From contig NC_057718.1 in the NCBI RefSeq assembly GCF_004010195.1, positions 78,666,935 through 78,730,934 on the forward strand: a stretch of DNA of 64,000 nt, written 5' to 3'. Below the pieces are notes generated by a model. The model made no database searches and was not told the origin of the DNA. It saw nothing but the letters and a program-made list of their open reading frames with translations. Position numbers and translations under genes: made by a program. This DNA is from Chiloscyllium plagiosum. Its lineage: Eukaryota. Numbering within the stretch: position 1 is the stretch's first letter; each line of letters starts with the position of its first letter. Shown here in pieces: positions 61,201 through 64,000 of the stretch.

Positions 61201-64000
61201 TGGATCCGCGACCTCACGTACGAGCCCCGAGGAGCTGCGAGCTGCAGGTCCCGGAGCGCGGCCTTCTTCTCTTCGTACACCCCGCGCAGGGCCGGGTCCG
61301 CGTCGGGCTGACCGAGGCGTGACTCCAGGTCAAGCATCTCCCTCTCCAACTCCCGGATCCTGGATTTCCGCCTCTTCGTCGACCCCCTCGCGTACTCCTG
61401 ACAGAAGACGCGGACGTGAGCCTTGCCCACGTCCCACCATAGCCTCAGGGAGGGGAAGCTTCCCCGCTTCATTCTCCAGCCGGCCCAGAAACGACGAAAC
61501 GAGTCCCGGAACCGCTCGTCCTCCAGCAGCAGGTTGTTAAAGTGCCAGTACGCGGAGCCCAGCCTGGCGCCGAACGGAAGGAGTTCCGCCCACACCAGGT
61601 GGTGGTCCGTGCACGACCCAGCAGCACAAGCAGCTGCTGACTGGTGCCACGCCTTTTTTCCAGCGAGTAGAAGAAGGGGGAGCCGCGGTCCAGGTCCTGG
61701 AGGAGCTGGATCCGCGACCTCACGTACGAGCCCCGAGGAGCTGCAGGTCCCGGAGCGCGGCCTTCTTCTCTTCGCATGCCCCGCGCAGGGCCGGGTCCGC
61801 GTCGGGCTGACCGAGGCGTGACTCCAGGTCGAGCATCTCCCTCTCCAACTCTCCGATCCTGGATTTCCACCTCTTCGTTGACCCCCTCGACTCCTGACAG
61901 AAGACGCGGACGTGAGCCTTGCCCGCGTCCCACCATAGCCTCAGGGAGGGGAAGCTTCCCCGCTTCCTTCTCCAGCCGGCCCAGAAACGATGAAACGAGT
62001 CCCGGAACCGCTCGTCCTCCAGCAGCAGGTTGTTAAAGTGCCAGTACGCAGAGCCGAGCCTGGCGCCGAACAGAAGGAATTCTGCCCACACCAGATGATG
62101 GTCTGTGCACGACACCTGCCGCGTGGAGGCCTTCGGAAAACAGGAGGCGTACGCCCACAAAACGTACAGGAGGTCGATTCTAGACGCTCCAACCCCAGGC
62201 CTCACGAAGGTGAAGGCGATGGAGTCGGGATGGAGATTCCGCCAGACGTCCACCAGGTCGAAGGACTTGACCATGTCACCCATCTCCTCCCCAACGCCCA
62301 ACCAGTGTGGGCACCGCCATGGTCCCTGCCCTCGAGGACACAGTTAAAATCTCCTCCGAGGACAGCGCACTGGTTCTGGTCGATGGAGGCGAGATGAGCG
62401 GACACTTCTTCAAAGAAGCTCGCTTGCCTCGGCCCGGCCAGGGGAGCGTTGACGTTCACCAAGTGAAGCACCGCGCCCCCCAGCCGAACCGTCAGGTGAA
62501 GCAAACGGCCTGGCACGGACTCCCTGACCCCCAAGATCTCCGGCTGAAAATGCGGGGCCAACAGGATAGCCACCCCGCCAGATCTGCGGGTGAGGTGACT
62601 CATGTAGAACCCCCCCCCCCCACCTCGCCATTCCAGGAGCCAGGTGGCTTCGTGTCCCGGGGTAGTGTGGGTTTCTTGCAGGAAGCACACCGCATATCTC
62701 CCGTCCCGGAGGACCGAGAGGGTCTGGAATCTGCGCTGTGACTCCCTGCTGCTGTTGATGTTGAGGCTGGCTATAGTTGTCTCCATGTCGGAAGCATTGT
62801 GCAACCACCACCAGTACAGTTAAAAACCTATATACACATTTACTGGGAGGATGAGGGAGGGGCACTGACGTCCCTCGCCCTCACCAGGAGTGTCCCCAGG
62901 AAGTTCCTGACTCGCTTTCGCTCATTCACATCGAGCCCAGGCGCCTGGCGAGCAGCGTGGGCCGACCAGTAAACCCTCTCGAATGAGCTCCAGCGGTCGA
63001 GCGCCAGTTGGGCTCTATCCTGGTGACTCCGAGTTTCCTCGACAAATTCCCGGAGTTCCTAGAGGGGGATGAGGGGGAGATCGGTGGGGGGCACCTGGGA
63101 CTCAAATGTCGCTGCAGACGGAGTCCGCGTTGTCCCCGGTGTCCGCCACCGATCCCGAACCCTCCTCCGGGAGGTCACCCTCGGTCACCGACCCCTCCCC
63201 CACCGAGAGGATGGGGGCTAGTCCGGCGCCACCAACGGGCCTCAAACCCCCGGCGACCCTACCCCCAGGGTCACCGGCGGTACCTTTCTCGGCGCACCCC
63301 TTCCCGAGTTCGGGTCGTCGGGCAGCAGAGGCTCGGGGCCCTGCTCCCCTCCCGACACCGGGACGCCCGGCTCCTCGGGGAAAAGGTCCTCCCCCAGGGC
63401 CAAGGCCCCGGAAAAACAGTCTGGTAGGGAGGAGCGAGAATAATACCTTCCTCCCCTCCGCCGCTCGATGACCCAGCAGAGGGTTCTCCGTTGTCGCCCA
63501 CACCGTGGCCCATGTGGTTATTACGGTCCTCCCCAGGGGCCGGAGAAGTTGAAGTAGCAGGAGGCCCTGCTGTAGCCCCTAGGGGTTTGGGTAGGTCGGG
63601 CCATGGTGCGGGACAGTCGAGAGACACCGTTGGCTCTTCCCCTTGAGAGGGGCAGCGCCACCGGCGCGCTGCTGGAATGTCTCTCCCCTCCAAGGGCCGG
63701 CGCCTCTTCCCCAGAGAGACCGGGGGAATTTATGGGTCTTCCTCTCCCCGCCCGCCTTGGTGGTCATGGGGCCCGAGGTCCCTCCACCTACCTTTCCCGG
63801 AATACGATTGGCTGGGGGAAGACAGGGGGGGGAACGTGGCCAGAGTGGGGAGGGTCAGCCGTGTCACTTCCTGCCCCGCCCCTGGTTTATCAGGTGATGG
63901 GCGGGGCAGGGGCCCAGTTCCCCCTCTGGGGCTCAGAGACACGGTCGCTGCAGGAGGTAGGGCAGCGGTGGTTCCCCCCAGGTTAGTGCCAGGTGTTGCA
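57941..64000 (-). mobile_element. Tx1-clade non-LTR retrotransposon, copy 1 (ORF1 3' part, ORF2 APE-RT-ZnF, 3' UTR, polyA); frameshifted
   Basis: ORF2 from 62786: METTIASLNIN...FLQETH (APE), GGDFN, SLDQEKASDRVDH, RGVRQGCPLSG, YADD at 60200-60211, C-terminal F..C..ESVDH...C remnant. GC/CpG-rich; polyA at 57941-57959. Confidence 0.93.
58203..58246. repeat. (TG)n microsatellite in Tx1 3' UTR
   Basis: tgtgtg... run of about 15 units with a degenerate extension. Confidence 0.95.

Overview
Eukaryotic, repeat-rich vertebrate DNA, most likely from a cartilaginous fish (shark). This is inferred from HE1/V-SINE-type and SacSINE1-type SINEs, dense CR1 LINEs and Penelope-type palindromes. The only host gene I can support is the 5' half of plasminogen (plg) on the minus strand. 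Six exons at 27646-27601, 27507-27372, 26025-25919, 12782-12668, 9724-9585 and 1972-1852 splice in frame through GT-AG introns to give signal peptide, PAN domain, kringle 1 and the first half of kringle 2; the gene runs off the left end. Most of the rest is transposable-element debris: many CR1-clade LINEs, two Gmr1-like Gypsy remnants, PIF/Harbinger transposase and Myb/SANT remnants, SINEs, and two tandem young GC-rich Tx1-clade LINEs (55.8-64 kb). There are also about 14 short Penelope-like (PLE) insertions of three families, mostly palindromic with 13-15 bp TSDs, many carrying a minimal hammerhead-ribozyme motif. Most interesting are (i) the hammerhead motifs with covarying stems across three PLE families, (ii) a TSD-flanked CR1 whose body is replaced by Gmr1 INT-RT-RNaseH, and (iii) several template-switch-like chimeras and duplications. 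I found no clearly new gene system. Repeat boundaries are approximate unless a TSD is quoted, and family names come from recalled motifs, not database searches.
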